Part shown: piece after piece, positions 1-12,104 of the stretch | How positions within the stretch are numbered: position 1 is the first letter of the stretch | Layout: every line of letters starts with the position of its first letter | From: Fimbriosthenelais zetlandica | Taxonomy: Eukaryota | Length of the DNA stretch: 64,000 nt | Assembly: GCA_977030845.1 (NCBI GenBank) | Contig: OZ365111.1 | Coordinates: 9,982,001 to 10,046,000, forward strand | Direction of reading: 5' to 3' | Made by a program: the position numbers and the translations under genes | The notes under the pieces: model-generated | The model's input: only the letters and a program-made list of their open reading frames with translations | What the model was told of the DNA's origin: nothing | Databases searched by the model: none

Positions 1-810
1 ACTCTGTCATGTCTGTTATGTATTGAGCACTAGGCCCTATGATTGGCATCAATGTGGCGTTGGTGGGTTGAACGGAGGCTGAAGTTCACTAAGTTTCAGT
101 TTTGACTATTTAGTGAACTTTGTAATTTCTTGGTCGATTTATGCTTTGATAAGCGATGTTTGTACATTGATATTATTTGTATAGGCCTACTCTGTCATGT
201 CTGTTATGTATTGAGCACTAGGCCCTATGATTGGCATCAATGTGGCGTTGGTGGGTTGAACGGAGGCTGAAGTTCACTAAGTTTCACTTTTGACTATTTA
301 GTGAACTTTGTAATTTCTTGGTCGATTTATGCTTTGATAAGCGATGTTTGTACATTGATATTATTTGTTTGGGCCTACTCTGTCATGTCTGTTATGTATT
401 GAGCACTAGGCCCTATGATTGGCATCAATGTGGCGTTGGTGGGTTGAACGGAGGCTGAAGTTCACTAAGTTTCACTTTTGACTATTTAGTGAACTTTGTA
501 ATTTCTTGGTCGATTTATGCTTTGATAAGCGATGTTTGTACATTGATATTATTTGTTTGGGCCTACTCTGTCATGTTTGTTATGTATTGAGCACTAGGCC
601 CTATGATTGGCATCAATGTGGCGTTGGTGGGTTGAACTGAGGCTGAAGTTCTAATTACTGATATTGGTTATACTCTATGATGCCATAATATGTTATGCAT
701 TGAAGTCTATGATTGGCATCAATGTGGCGTCAGTGGGTTGAACTGAGGCGAAAGGTGACTAAGAGTAAGTTTTGACTAGTTAGTGAACTTTGTTATTTCT
801 GATATTGGTG
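1..810. repeat. 188-bp satellite: 3 near-identical units plus a degenerate tail, continuing off the left edge
   Basis: ACTCTGTCATG recurs at 1, 189, 377 and 565 (period 188). Each unit contains an inverted repeat AAGTTCACTAA...TTAGTGAACTT. Confidence 0.95.
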
Positions 811-1749
811 ACAGGAGCAGATAAATCTCACCGAAAATGCGCATGGTTTCTGTTTGCTCTCTTCCAGCTTTCATGAAATGCATGGGAATTCAAACCATCG
901 TAATCAAGCTGCTGGGGGGTTAGAGGATGCCTGTGTTTTGTAGTCATTTAATTTGGAGACCAGGACCAGAGTGGCTGGAACATTGTGAAGGATATCTAGG
1001 CACATTTTTTGGACAAATTATGGTGGGTTTTAGACCACCAACGCCGGCCACCACCTGCTGTTTTAAACGATATAACTTAGGAAACATACTTTTGAGAAGG
1101 CCCCTTAATTAGATAGCCGATAATGGGACACTTAGGGGGTGCCCTTTTGATGGACCCTTCAAAGGTTTTTAACTGCCTTCACCACCATTGACTTAATGAA
1201 CCAAGATATATGGGTTAGGGCAATTTGCAGAAATTCTGTTTAAGAATTTTGAGCTCCCCCGCCCACACAAACACACTACAACAGTACAGAGTGGTAGTTT
1301 AGTTAAACGAGACTGCCTAGAATTAATTCTCGTTGGTTATATATATGGTTGGTTGCGTTGCACAACAGCCTATGGTTGTACAGCACATGGCTGTGCTGAG
1401 GCGAAGTACCCGGCCTCCGCAACCACCCAGCGGTTGCTTATCAGCATAACCAATTAAGCAATCGCCGCAAACACGATTTATTGCTAAATGACCAATTAGA
1501 CCTATTCACCGGAGACAAGTATAAACTCTCCAAGTGAAACCAAACGTTGAACTGATTTATTGGAAAATGACCTTTACAAACGTCTCTCGCTTAAATTAAG
1601 TAATATCAATGCAGCGTGGGAAGGGACTCTTATTGTAGAGGCAAATCAAGCATACAGGATATACGGAGCAGATTGTACAAGAATCCACGGATATACATAG
1701 CAAATACAACGATATACATAGCACTTTTATATTAAGAACAGTTAAGAAA

Positions 1750-2230
1750 GGAAGTGCTTACCTTGAAAATTGGCAGTGCCAGCGGTGAGAGATAAAGAGG
1801 TAATGTTGTCCGTGCAGTAGTATAAAGCATAAGGGTTGATTTTGTCGCGGGAAACACTGGAGGAGTTTAACTACCGTAAACTTTCCAGTTAAAGGTCTTT
1901 TTCTATGTAGATTTCTCTGACATTTATATTAGGCCACTATATAAAATTATACACAACAGCATAATATTATGTGATATGAAACCAGATCTATTGGATTAAG
2001 CAAGGGAATACAATGGATAACAAGTAGCCAAACACGAACAATGTTATCGAGGGCATGGGCCATAATTATCCACAGAAACCGCCGCTTGATACAGGCCATA
2101 CGGTATAGGCCGGACCTCCTTGGAAAAAGCGTGTCGCTCCGGTCACTGAGGACAATCACCTCCATCCAAGTAGAAGAAGAAGATGCTGAGATATGGCATG
2201 GTCATCTAGGCTACTCTTATAATGCCACAT
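1750..2230 (-). mobile_element. Possible decayed DIRS/Ngaro RT-RNase H fragment
   Basis: Minus-strand translation across stops gives SSGGFCG*LW..SITLF...IW and YCTDNITSL. These loosely resemble the TDAS..GFG / SI..LEL..IW / CDN motifs of DIRS-type RNase H. Heavily degraded. Confidence 0.3.
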
Positions 2231-2480
2231 GTCCCCCTTTTGTGTTAGGCCTTAAACTGTGCCTGTTAATTAACTATTTGCCTATTAGTAGGCCTATATA
2301 TAGGACCAAATATATTTCATCATACATGGAGGCCTGCTTGTTAAATTAGGCAACCAAACATTTATTTTTCATTTAATTTTTCGGCCAGGTAAAAATGAAA
2401 ATGATATAGGCCTAATATATAAGGGAACGAACATTATATTGTAACAATATAATATCAACGAGTATAGAAAGAAGTCTTCT

Positions 2481-3010
2481 TTCTATACTCGTTGATAATA
2501 CCAGGGGAGTGGGGAAATATATGCCATGCCCTGCCATGACATAAATAAAAATGTCCATCTCTATTCTGAAAATATGAAAATTGCCCAGAAAAAACTGCCC
2601 CCCACCTTGGTATTCCAATGGTTGCCCCCTATAGGTGCATTATTTAATTAGGCGACTTTTAATGAATGAGGGGAGCGATTTGAATGTTGTAGGTAGAGGG
2701 AAAATGAGGTGTCCTAAATGCCGGGATGGATTGGTTGGATAGCCTACATGTTGAAGGAAACATTAAATACTAATAAATAGGAAGGACGAAAAGGAATTAT
2801 TCATCCCTCGAGTTACACGTACCAATGATACCATGCAGCCTATTATAATTTTCCCTTCGTATACTTTTTTCTATGTTCAAATCAATTCTTACGATTGTTA
2901 CTTCTTCTGCTATTCTGGAAGTTAGTAACACTTGACCCTCTGTTTCCATCGAAAACATTTTTTATGGTTGCAGAGTAGCCGGGTCCTGTATATGACCAAC
3001 GAGTATAGAA
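2481..3010. mobile_element. 530-bp non-autonomous element with 14-bp perfect terminal inverted repeats
   Basis: TTCTATACTCGTTG at 2481-2494 and CAACGAGTATAGAA at 2997-3010. A related degenerate end lies at about 1328-1343. No ORF; no TSD resolved. Confidence 0.45.
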
Positions 3011-4906
3011 TACAGTAGGCGGGGAATTTCTCCCGGGCCCCGGCTTCTAATAAAAAACGCTGATAATTATAGGCTAACACGTAATTATATGAATATTTGG
3101 AATCATTTGTCATCACTTTTTTATTTAAATTCAAGAACATGTATATACTCGTGTACAGACAGCGGCCAAACCATCAGCCATTCCACATGTATGGCTCTGC
3201 AGTCCATAAGGCCTATTTAACTGCGGTGGCATGCATGTGCGCGACTTATTAAAATAATGCGGGTATTGAGTAGGTAAAGTAATGTTGATCATAGGATCAA
3301 TTTATTTGGGTTCAATATCACACACAGCAATATATGACACAAATATGACACAAGTATCATTCACAAACAACCTTAAATATATAGATAAACCTAAAATGCA
3401 TGGGCTAGGAATTGTATTGATGAAAACAATTGCTGGGCATTAAAAGCGGGAAACTGGTCCCACACCCCGGGCCAGCAACTGACGTCAGTCTACGTCACTC
3501 AGCGCTGAATCCATCGGTTCCCCGTCCGGTTCCACCAACTCACACAGCTATAAGAGAGCCCGCCGCCCGCCTCTAACCAATTTACCAAACGACTTTTCTC
3601 ACGTGTAAACTCGCATAAACTTTCGTCTTATCTCTAGATTAGCTATTTTCTTGTTAAGATAGTTAGAGGTTCTACATGTATAATCAATCACTTATCATAC
3701 ATGTTTAGTGTTATATTAGCTTTCTCATGTTTAGTAGGTTAGAAACGGACACAACAAACTATCCATATTTTCTATCCCTTTTTAACATTTTATATCATAG
3801 AAGAAATGTCTTTTCCTCCATGTTATAAAAGTAAAAGTACCCCCCTCCCCCTTACCCTTGAAATAGGGAAAAGAACCCTATACCCACTTTTATCCCAAGG
3901 TCACTGTCATTATTGTGACTTTCCAAAGTTTCTCCGGGAGGGCTCTGAAATTTAAACGGTAATTATCAGGTTCACGTCCATGTTCAGATAAGGTGATTAA
4001 ACGCAATAAACGGCGAGCACCATGACCTTGTTGACAGACAAAAACAGGTTTCACAAGCTGCTACAAACATTTATAGGGTCTCACTGGTGTGAAAGGCCCA
4101 TGTCCAGATGGAAAAAAGGAATTTGGCCGGCATCAAAGGAGTAGATACCGAACCCGGAAATTTTATGCTGCGGCTTTTGTAAATTGAAGGCGCCTAAACT
4201 TCAGTCGTATTATATATTTGAACAAATTTGTCGAAAGATTTTTGAAAATACCAGAAACTATTATTCATCGTAACTATTATTGTCGATCGTAAGGAAAGTA
4301 CGGTCATGTTGATTATACTATAAATTTAATAGTGGCAATGCTATACGTCGCGTGGTGACGTTAAAAGTGTCATGCCAACCTCTTCCAAATATTAAAAGTA
4401 GGTATCCCACATCAAGAAGTATAATTCATGGAATACGTCATTAGTAGGATTGTTCTGAAGAGGAAAATTTGAATATTTGAATGAATTGAATCAGAGCGAT
4501 TAAAATGGTCCTATATGTTTCATGGTGCCAGATGGGATATATTCAGGCCTTCACCAACAATTTATTTTTCCATGTACACACCCAGAAACAGGGTGGTCAA
4601 ATACATGTAATGAGGTTCAATAATCATGCCAATTATGAAGCTATGTTGCAAGCAACGAGTATGGTCGTTAATGCAAGTAAAATTAATTTTATTTTTCCAA
4701 CTTTCTATACCTCCCGAGTCGTTTAGATTTGATCACGCTCAATTTAAGAGTTTGCCGCTCTTTTCCCTTTGAAGTGGTCAAGGGAAAACATTTATTTCAA
4801 TTTAACTCTTGCGAATTTTTTCCAATGAAATTTTGAAAAAGTTGGTTAAACAGAGTTAGTCTATGCCTCACAGTTTTGAATTAATCAATAGAATTATATC
4901 ACGAAA

Positions 4907-6300
4907 TTTCTAGGTCCATTTATGCTTTGATAAGTGATTTTTGTACATTGATATTGGTTCTAGGCCTACTCTGTCATGTCTGATATGTATTGAACACTAG
5001 GCCCTATGTTTGGCATCAATGTGGCGTCGGTTGGTTGAACTTAGGCCAAAGTTCACTAAACGTCAGTTTTGACTAGTTAGTGAACTTTCCAATTTCTCAT
5101 ATTAGTTATACCCTATGATACCATAATATGTCATTATTGAAGTCTGTGATTGGCATCAATGTGGCGTCGGTGGGTTGAAGTGAGACCAAAGTTCACTAAA
5201 TGTCAGTTTTGACTAGTTAGTGAACTTTCCAATTTCTGATATTGTATATACCCTATGATACCATAATATGTTATGTTGAAGTCCTTGTTTGGTATAAAAG
5301 TGGCGTCAGTGGGTTGAAGTGAGGCCAAAGTTCACTAAATGTCAGTTTTGACTAGTTAGTGAACTTTCCAATTTCTGATATTGTATATACCCTATGATAC
5401 CATAATATGTTATGTAGGCCTATTGAAGTCCTTGTTTGGTATAAATGTTGCGTCAGTGGGTTGAAGTGAGGCCAAAGTTCACTAAATTTCAGTTTTGACC
5501 CGTTAGTGAACTTTCTAATTTCTAGGTCCATTTATGCTTTGATAAGTGATTTTTGTACATTGATATTGGTTCTAGGCCTACTCTGTCATGTCTGATATGT
5601 ATTGAACACTAGGCCCTATGTTTGGCATCAATGTGGCGTCGGTTGGTTGAACTTAGGCCAAAGTTCACTAAATGTCAGTTTTGACTAGTTAGTGAACTTT
5701 CCAATTTCTCATATTAGTTATACCCTATGATACCATAATATGTCATTATTGAAGTCTGTGATTGGCATCAATGTGGCGTCGGTGGGTTGAAGTGAGACCA
5801 AAGTTCACTAAATGTCAGTTTTGACTAGTTAGTGACCATTTCTCACTTGTACAGTCGTCTACATAAAGTGACTGACCATTACTCACCTGTACAGTCGCTC
5901 TACAAACAGTGACTGACCATTACTCGTCTACATACACTGACTGACCATTACTCACCTGTACAGTCGTTTGGTTGAACTGTGACCAAAGTTCACTAAATGT
6001 CAGTTTTGACTAGTTAGTGAAATTTCTAATTTCTGATATTGGTTATACTCTATGAAACCGTTACCCTATGATACCGTCTGTGATTGGCATCAATGTGGCG
6101 TCGGTGGGTTGAACTGAGGCCAAGGTTCGTGAATTTTCTAATTTTAAATCCATTTATGATTGGATAAGTAATATTTGTACACTGATAGGCCTATTGTTTC
6201 TAGGCCTACACTATGATGCCATAATATGTTATGCAGGCCTATTGAACATTATGTTTGGCAGAAATGTCGCATCAGTGGACTGACCTGAGACCAAAGTTAG
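4907..6300. repeat. Second array of the same satellite family, with 139-186-bp monomers forming a 612-bp higher-order repeat
   Basis: The GGCATCAATGTGGCGT-type anchor occurs at 5012, 5152, 5291, 5438, 5624 and 5764 (spacings 140/139/147/186/140). TAGGTCCATT recurs at 4911 and 5523. Confidence 0.9.
5826..5967. repeat. About 3.5 copies of the 40-bp minisatellite inserted inside the long satellite
   Basis: ACTGACCATTACTCACCTGTACAGTC units match the array at 7.9-9.8 kb. Confidence 0.9.
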
Positions 6301-7910
6301 GACAAAAGAGAAGCGCTCATTCCTACTGTTATGCCCTTTCGCGGAAAATGAATACACTAACGTAAAATTAATGTCAAGCAAAGCCACCTTTCGGATTGAT
6401 GATGAAATAGGACAAAAGATGGCAATGTATGTTCCTACATATTTTGAAACATACATTGCCATCACATAAAAATGGTGTTGTATAAGAAATCACTTTGAGA
6501 ACATTTGTTATTACTGGCAAGAATTACTGAATTTATGTTCGATGTCTGTAGCTTCCGAAATACAAAGATTATGTGGACAAAACAATATTATTATTTTCCT
6601 TTGCATCAATCAGCGTAATAAATATGTGGATTTAAGGCCATGGGCCTTTTATTGTCCCAATGAACATTAACTATGGATCTTTAGCACCAAAATTTTCTTG
6701 TGAGGCTTAAAGTTTATTAGGTGTAACGTATATAATAGCTTTGTGACTCCGTCACAACTAATTAACATGTACATAACAATTAAGGAACTGTAGGAGCTGA
6801 AGAGTGTAGTTTTCACATACTAACTACACATGTGGAACTTTGTCTGTACGGCATTTCTTTGTGCATATAGCTTTATTGTACTGTCTGGCCATGTCTTAGT
6901 CATCTTTATGGTCATCAGTCGGTATGTGACCGAGATATTGGTATCTAGTGTAATGTCATCTGAGTCATTAATATCAGTCGCATCATCATTTAAAAAGTTG
7001 AAAATAGCTTAAAAATTATCCTTCCACTGTTCAGTGATTAGTTGTTGATTTATTTATGAAATTTTTGCAGGTACATGTGATTTTTTCAGTAGGAAAATGT
7101 TTCATTACACATAATAGCGAGTACTTCGTTTGGCATATATAGGTTATCTGAATAACTAATTTCCTAGTTTAATAAGCCTTTCATTTTCACCAATACCATT
7201 TCTACAATGTATTTTCAGGCCTATGACCGTTTTTATATCACACAGACAGTTATGTACAATTTATCAATATTTCAATAAAACTTCTCTGGTACAGTTAGGA
7301 ACTATTAGAACTGGTTTTCTTAATTAAAAGTCCTAAAATAAATAGCCAGCCCACATTACCATTAAGCCCTCCCCTCGCGCCTCTGCCTCACTTCTTATAA
7401 TATTATACTACTACAATCATCTCTTTACGTCACTTTATACAAACAATGGTAGCAATGGTAGCCTATATTCTCACCCAATTAAATTAATTCACTCTCACCT
7501 AAAAACCTTTCACTTTCAACTTAATTTAGGACAATCGTTTATGCTTTTAACATCAGCAGGTAGTGATTTCCACAATTTTCTACCCCATGATGAACATGAA
7601 AATAAGCGTATGCAGGATACAAGGCTATAACGACAATATATGACAGCAGCCGGTATGCAATTAAGGACTTGCAAACAAAGTTTTCCGACAGGACATGTGT
7701 ACTATTAGTAAATAACATTGCCGTTGTAATGTGAGTTAAATATAAATCAACATTAATATCTATGTGGTGGGACCATTGGCCTGTTTGTCCTCTTTGCACC
7801 AGCACAATTTGTATATTTTATATGCATTGGCCAAGCCAGGAATCGAACCTGGGTACCACATTAAGAAAAATAATGATATGTTATTGAACGTAATAATATT
7901 CATTATTGAT

Positions 7911-9822
7911 TATTACTCCCCTGTACAGTCGTCTACATAGAGTGACTGACCATTACTCACCTGTACAGTCACTCTACATACAGTGACTGACCATTAGTCA
8001 CCTGTACAGTCGTCTACATACACTGACTGATCATTACTCACCTGTAAAGTCGCCTACATACAGTGACTGACCATTACTCACCTGTACAGTCACTCTACAT
8101 ACAGTGACTGACCATTACTCACCTGTACAGTCGTCTACATACAGTGACTGATCATTACTCACCTGTAAAGTCGCCTACATACAGTGACTGATCATTACTC
8201 ACCTGTAAAGTCGTCTACATACAGTGACTGACCATTACTCACATGTACAGTCGATCTACATACAGTGACTGACCATTACTCACCTGTAAAGTCGCCTACA
8301 TACAGTGACTGACCATTACTAACCTGTACAGTCACTCTACATACAGTGACTGACCATTACTCACCTGTGCAGTTGTCTACATACAGTGACTGACCGTTAC
8401 TCACCTGTACATTCATCTACATACATTGACTGACCATTACTCACCTGTAAAGTAGCCTACATGCAGTGACTGACCATTACTCACCTGTAAAGTCGCCTAC
8501 ATAGAGTGACTGACCATTACTCACCTGTACAGTCACTCTACATACAGTGACTGACCGTTACTCACCTGTACAGTCGCTCTACATACAGTGACTGACCATT
8601 ACTCACCTGTGCAGTTGTCTACATACAGTGACTGACCGTTACTCACCTGTACACTCGCTTACGTACAGTGACTGACCATTACTCACCTGTAAAGTCGCCT
8701 ACATACAGTGACTGACCATTACTCACCTGTACAGTCACTCTACATACAGTGACTGACCGTTACTCACCTGTACAGTCGCTCTACATACAGTGACTGACCA
8801 TTACTCACCTGTGCAGTTGTCTACATACAGTGACTGACCGTTACTCACCTGTACACTCGCTTACGTACAGTGACTGAGCATTACTCACCTGTAAAGTCGC
8901 CTACATACAGTGACTGACCATTACTCACCTGTACAGTCACTCTACATACAGTGACTGACCGTTACTCACCTGTACAGTCGCTCTACATACAGTGACTGAC
9001 CATTACTCACCTGTGCAGTTGTCTACATACAGTGACTGACCGTTACTCACCTGTACACTCGCTTACGTACAGTGACTGAGCATTACTCACCTGTACAGTC
9101 ATCTACATACAGTGACTGACCATTACTCACCACCTGTACAGTCGCTCTACATACAGGGACTAACCATTACTCTCCTGTACAGTCTTCTACATACAGTGAC
9201 TCACCATTACTCACCTGTACAGTCGCTCTACATACAGTGAATGACCACTACTCACCTGTACACTCGCTTACGTACAGTGACTGACCGTTACTCACCTGTA
9301 CAGTCGTCTACATACAGTGACTGACCGTTACTCACCTGTACAGTCGTCTACATACAGTGACTCACCATTACTCACTTGTACAGTCGCTCTCCATACAGTG
9401 ACTGACCGTTACTCACTTGTACAGACGTCTACATAAAGTGACTGACCGTTACTCACCTGTACAGTCGCTCTCCATATAGTGACTGATCATTACTCACCTG
9501 TACAGTCGCTCTCCATACAGTGACTGATCGTTACTCACCTGTACAGTCGCTCTCCATATAGTGACTGATCATTACTCACCTGTACAGTCGTCTACATACA
9601 GTGACTGACCGTTACTCACCTGTACAGTCGCTCTCCTTATAGTGACTGACCATTACTCACCTGTGCAGTTGTCTACATACAGTGACTGATCATTACTCAC
9701 CTGTACAGTCGCTCTCCATACAGTGACTGACCATTACTCACCTGTACAGTCGCTCTCCATACAATGACTGATCATTACTCACCTGCACACCCGGCTCAAT
9801 ATAAAGATCATTACTTACCTGT
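7911..9822. repeat. 40/41-bp minisatellite, about 45 copies, with a 202-bp pentameric higher-order repeat
   Basis: Unit CTGTACAGTCGTCTACATACAGTGACTGACCATTACTCAC. The variant CACTCGCTTACGTACAG recurs at 8652, 8854 and 9056 (period 202). Confidence 0.97.
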
Positions 9823-10619
9823 ACATAGACATAGAGGATCCTCTATGGATGTTGTCATTCACTACCGAGTGCCGGTACCGGTACCGGTAAGTAGCAATGA
9901 CACACCATTTCTTAGTAAGGCATTAAGTAAGACATATTATACATCATTAAAAAGGACAGATCGTGTAAAACAATTATAATGCATTCCCTACACTCTAAGC
10001 GGGACGAGTGAATTATGGTGATTTTATAAAAGATAAAAGTAAAAAAATGAATATTTCAGGTTTGGTGAAAAACAGCTAGTCAGCTGTAATATTTCTAAAG
10101 ATTCATCAATCTTGACTTATTATACATCAATGGAAAGGAAACATCAATAGAAACAATGTTATAACATTCCCCACTCTCTAAATTGAAGTGATGAATTTTC
10201 ATTTAATTTTTAATCAGAAAAGTACACAAATAAAGTTACAAATCTGGAGAAATTGCATAAATCTCACACAAGTGGCAGCACTGAGTGGCGCCTCGGCTTT
10301 GATTTTCCATACCGGTACTGGCCATGTTGGAATGTTCAAAATCTAGCATAGGTGGCTTGATAAAATGGTTTAATACACAATGATGCGCAACGTTTTAAGT
10401 TAAAAGAACCATGTAGGAAGGTAGGGAAACACCCATACTTTATCGAGATCAGGGTTTCCAAGGGGTAAGATTCATTTTAACTATCTAACTGTTTAACATT
10501 ACACTTCAAATGATGATTACTATTTCTTAGCCTTAGCTGTTGGTGGTATACATGAAGGATACAACCAGTTCAAACCCTTTTCTAATTAATCCTTTTTATT
10601 AGGGGTCGATATCAGCGAC

Positions 10620-11330
10620 AGGGAAGACACAAGAGGTGCGTCAAAATTGTCAGTCAGCGTTACTTGAAATTGTGTGGCGGGAATTAAATCGACCGACGCG
10701 CCACCCAGTGAGGTGTGTCATTGCTAAGGTAAACCCGTCGCCACGCCCACGACTGACAACCAAATCTATGGGCGATAATGGGGGATTTAATGATTTCACT
10801 TGTTATTTCTTAGTGTTTCTTGAAATCAATCAATGTGTATTTCATTCGTGACTGTCTCCATTCACATCTTACCTTAGAATAAGTCAGGATGTGGAATAAA
10901 TGCTATCTAAGGACCTTTTACACCAGAAGCACGTCTGCTAGGGGCGCCGCCATTACTGGATGGAGCCATGAAGGAATAGTAGGCCACTCCTGATTGGCCA
11001 GCCACCGTGTCCTTTGCCTGCACCCATAATGCTGTGCGCAGTTCCTGTTTTGATTTGGAGTTCACTATTGCAGTTCACTGTTCAGAAAACGTCTGTCTAT
11101 ATGGCATCCGGTGACCGCCATGACCGGGGGCGTTGCGGGCTCGTGTCGCAGCTTTGACCGCTATTCAGTGCTGCCACCCTGTGCGTCGCGAGTGAACTGA
11201 GCTCCGCCGCGCCTTTAACGTTACTTCAGCAGGAAACCACCAGGTGACAGCGCTGTTTCTAGTCGCCACCATCAGATGAGTGCCTAAGGCTAAGCAATAT
11301 TCAGACGGCGTTTGTAGATCTAGGAAAGCT
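10620..11330. promoter_or_regulatory. GC/CpG-rich island, probably a promoter or first exon, or an insulator-like element
   Basis: Local GC/CpG enrichment. Contains a CCAAT box (CTGATTGG, about 10990), an E2F-like TGGCGGGAA (about 10673), YY1-like GCCAT and a CTCF-like CCACCAGGTGACAG (11237). A consensus minus-strand donor AAG|GTAAGA lies at 10873/10872. Confidence 0.4.
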
Positions 11331-11712
11331 CCTAATAATGCAAATCAGCCTGTATACGGCAAGCAGTTTTGTTGTGAGCGATAATAGTGGATTTGGCCAT
11401 AGAACTGGAGAGGAACAATAATTCTATGATTTGGCCGAGGAGTCGGAACCCAGACTAGCAGACTAGTCTGTGATCAGAACATCATTTAATATACCGGTAT
11501 TAAAACCGAAAGTATATTAAAAGGTAGCCTAATTATAGCCGTCATATTATAACCCATGAATCATTGAATGCGTTTTGAGGTTTAAATTATCCCGGGATTC
11601 CCCTGAATTAGACCTCCTATTCGTAGGTCGTAGGCCTACTTAATTAATAATGAACGGATTGACACTAAAACGGAGAAGGCAATAAACCGTATGAAGCAAA
11701 TCTGACAAATAG

Positions 11713-11718
11713 TTTATT
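11713..11718 (-). terminator. Candidate polyadenylation signal (AATAAA) of SSRP1
   Basis: TTTATT on the plus strand, about 390 nt past the stop codon, followed on the minus strand by T-rich sequence. Confidence 0.5.
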
Positions 11719-12104
11719 TACAATCAATTTAATGAATTAGCAGAAGCTCAATGCAGTACACATACAGTAGGCCTATTCACAATCCACCATATAGATCTAT
11801 CACAATAAATGACATTAAGTTTCTCAGGATATATATGTCAGGATACATGTGCCAGTATATGTCTACGACATTATCTTCACAGTCCACTTGTTCCTAAGAC
11901 ACTTAGTTTGTGAACATCCCACAGACATGTTTTATTTATAATATGCTTCAATAAGACATATCAATGTGTAAGAGATGGGCCTACAGGCCAAGTCCCTTCA
12001 CCCATTCACACCTTCCCTAATGTTTCAGGAAAGTCAGCTAAGCTGTTTGGTGAATTAAGAGTCTTAATATTTGTGATGTCATGTCACCACGGACGTTGCG
12101 AGTT

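Noticed and set aside
3440-3620. Gene promoter or LTR (TGACGTCA plus TATAAG)
   Set aside because: No second LTR, PBS/PPT or downstream exon was found. It is probably a TE fragment but cannot be classified.
7911-9822. CRISPR array
   Set aside because: The units are contiguous with no unique spacers, there are no cas genes, and the context is eukaryotic.
11040-11330. Telomerase RNA, RNase P/MRP RNA, 7SK or vault RNA
   Set aside because: There is no CTAACCCT template. The GTCTG/CAGAC pair lacks the canonical RNase P CR-I and CR-V contexts, and there are no 7SK GATC motifs or convincing A/B boxes.
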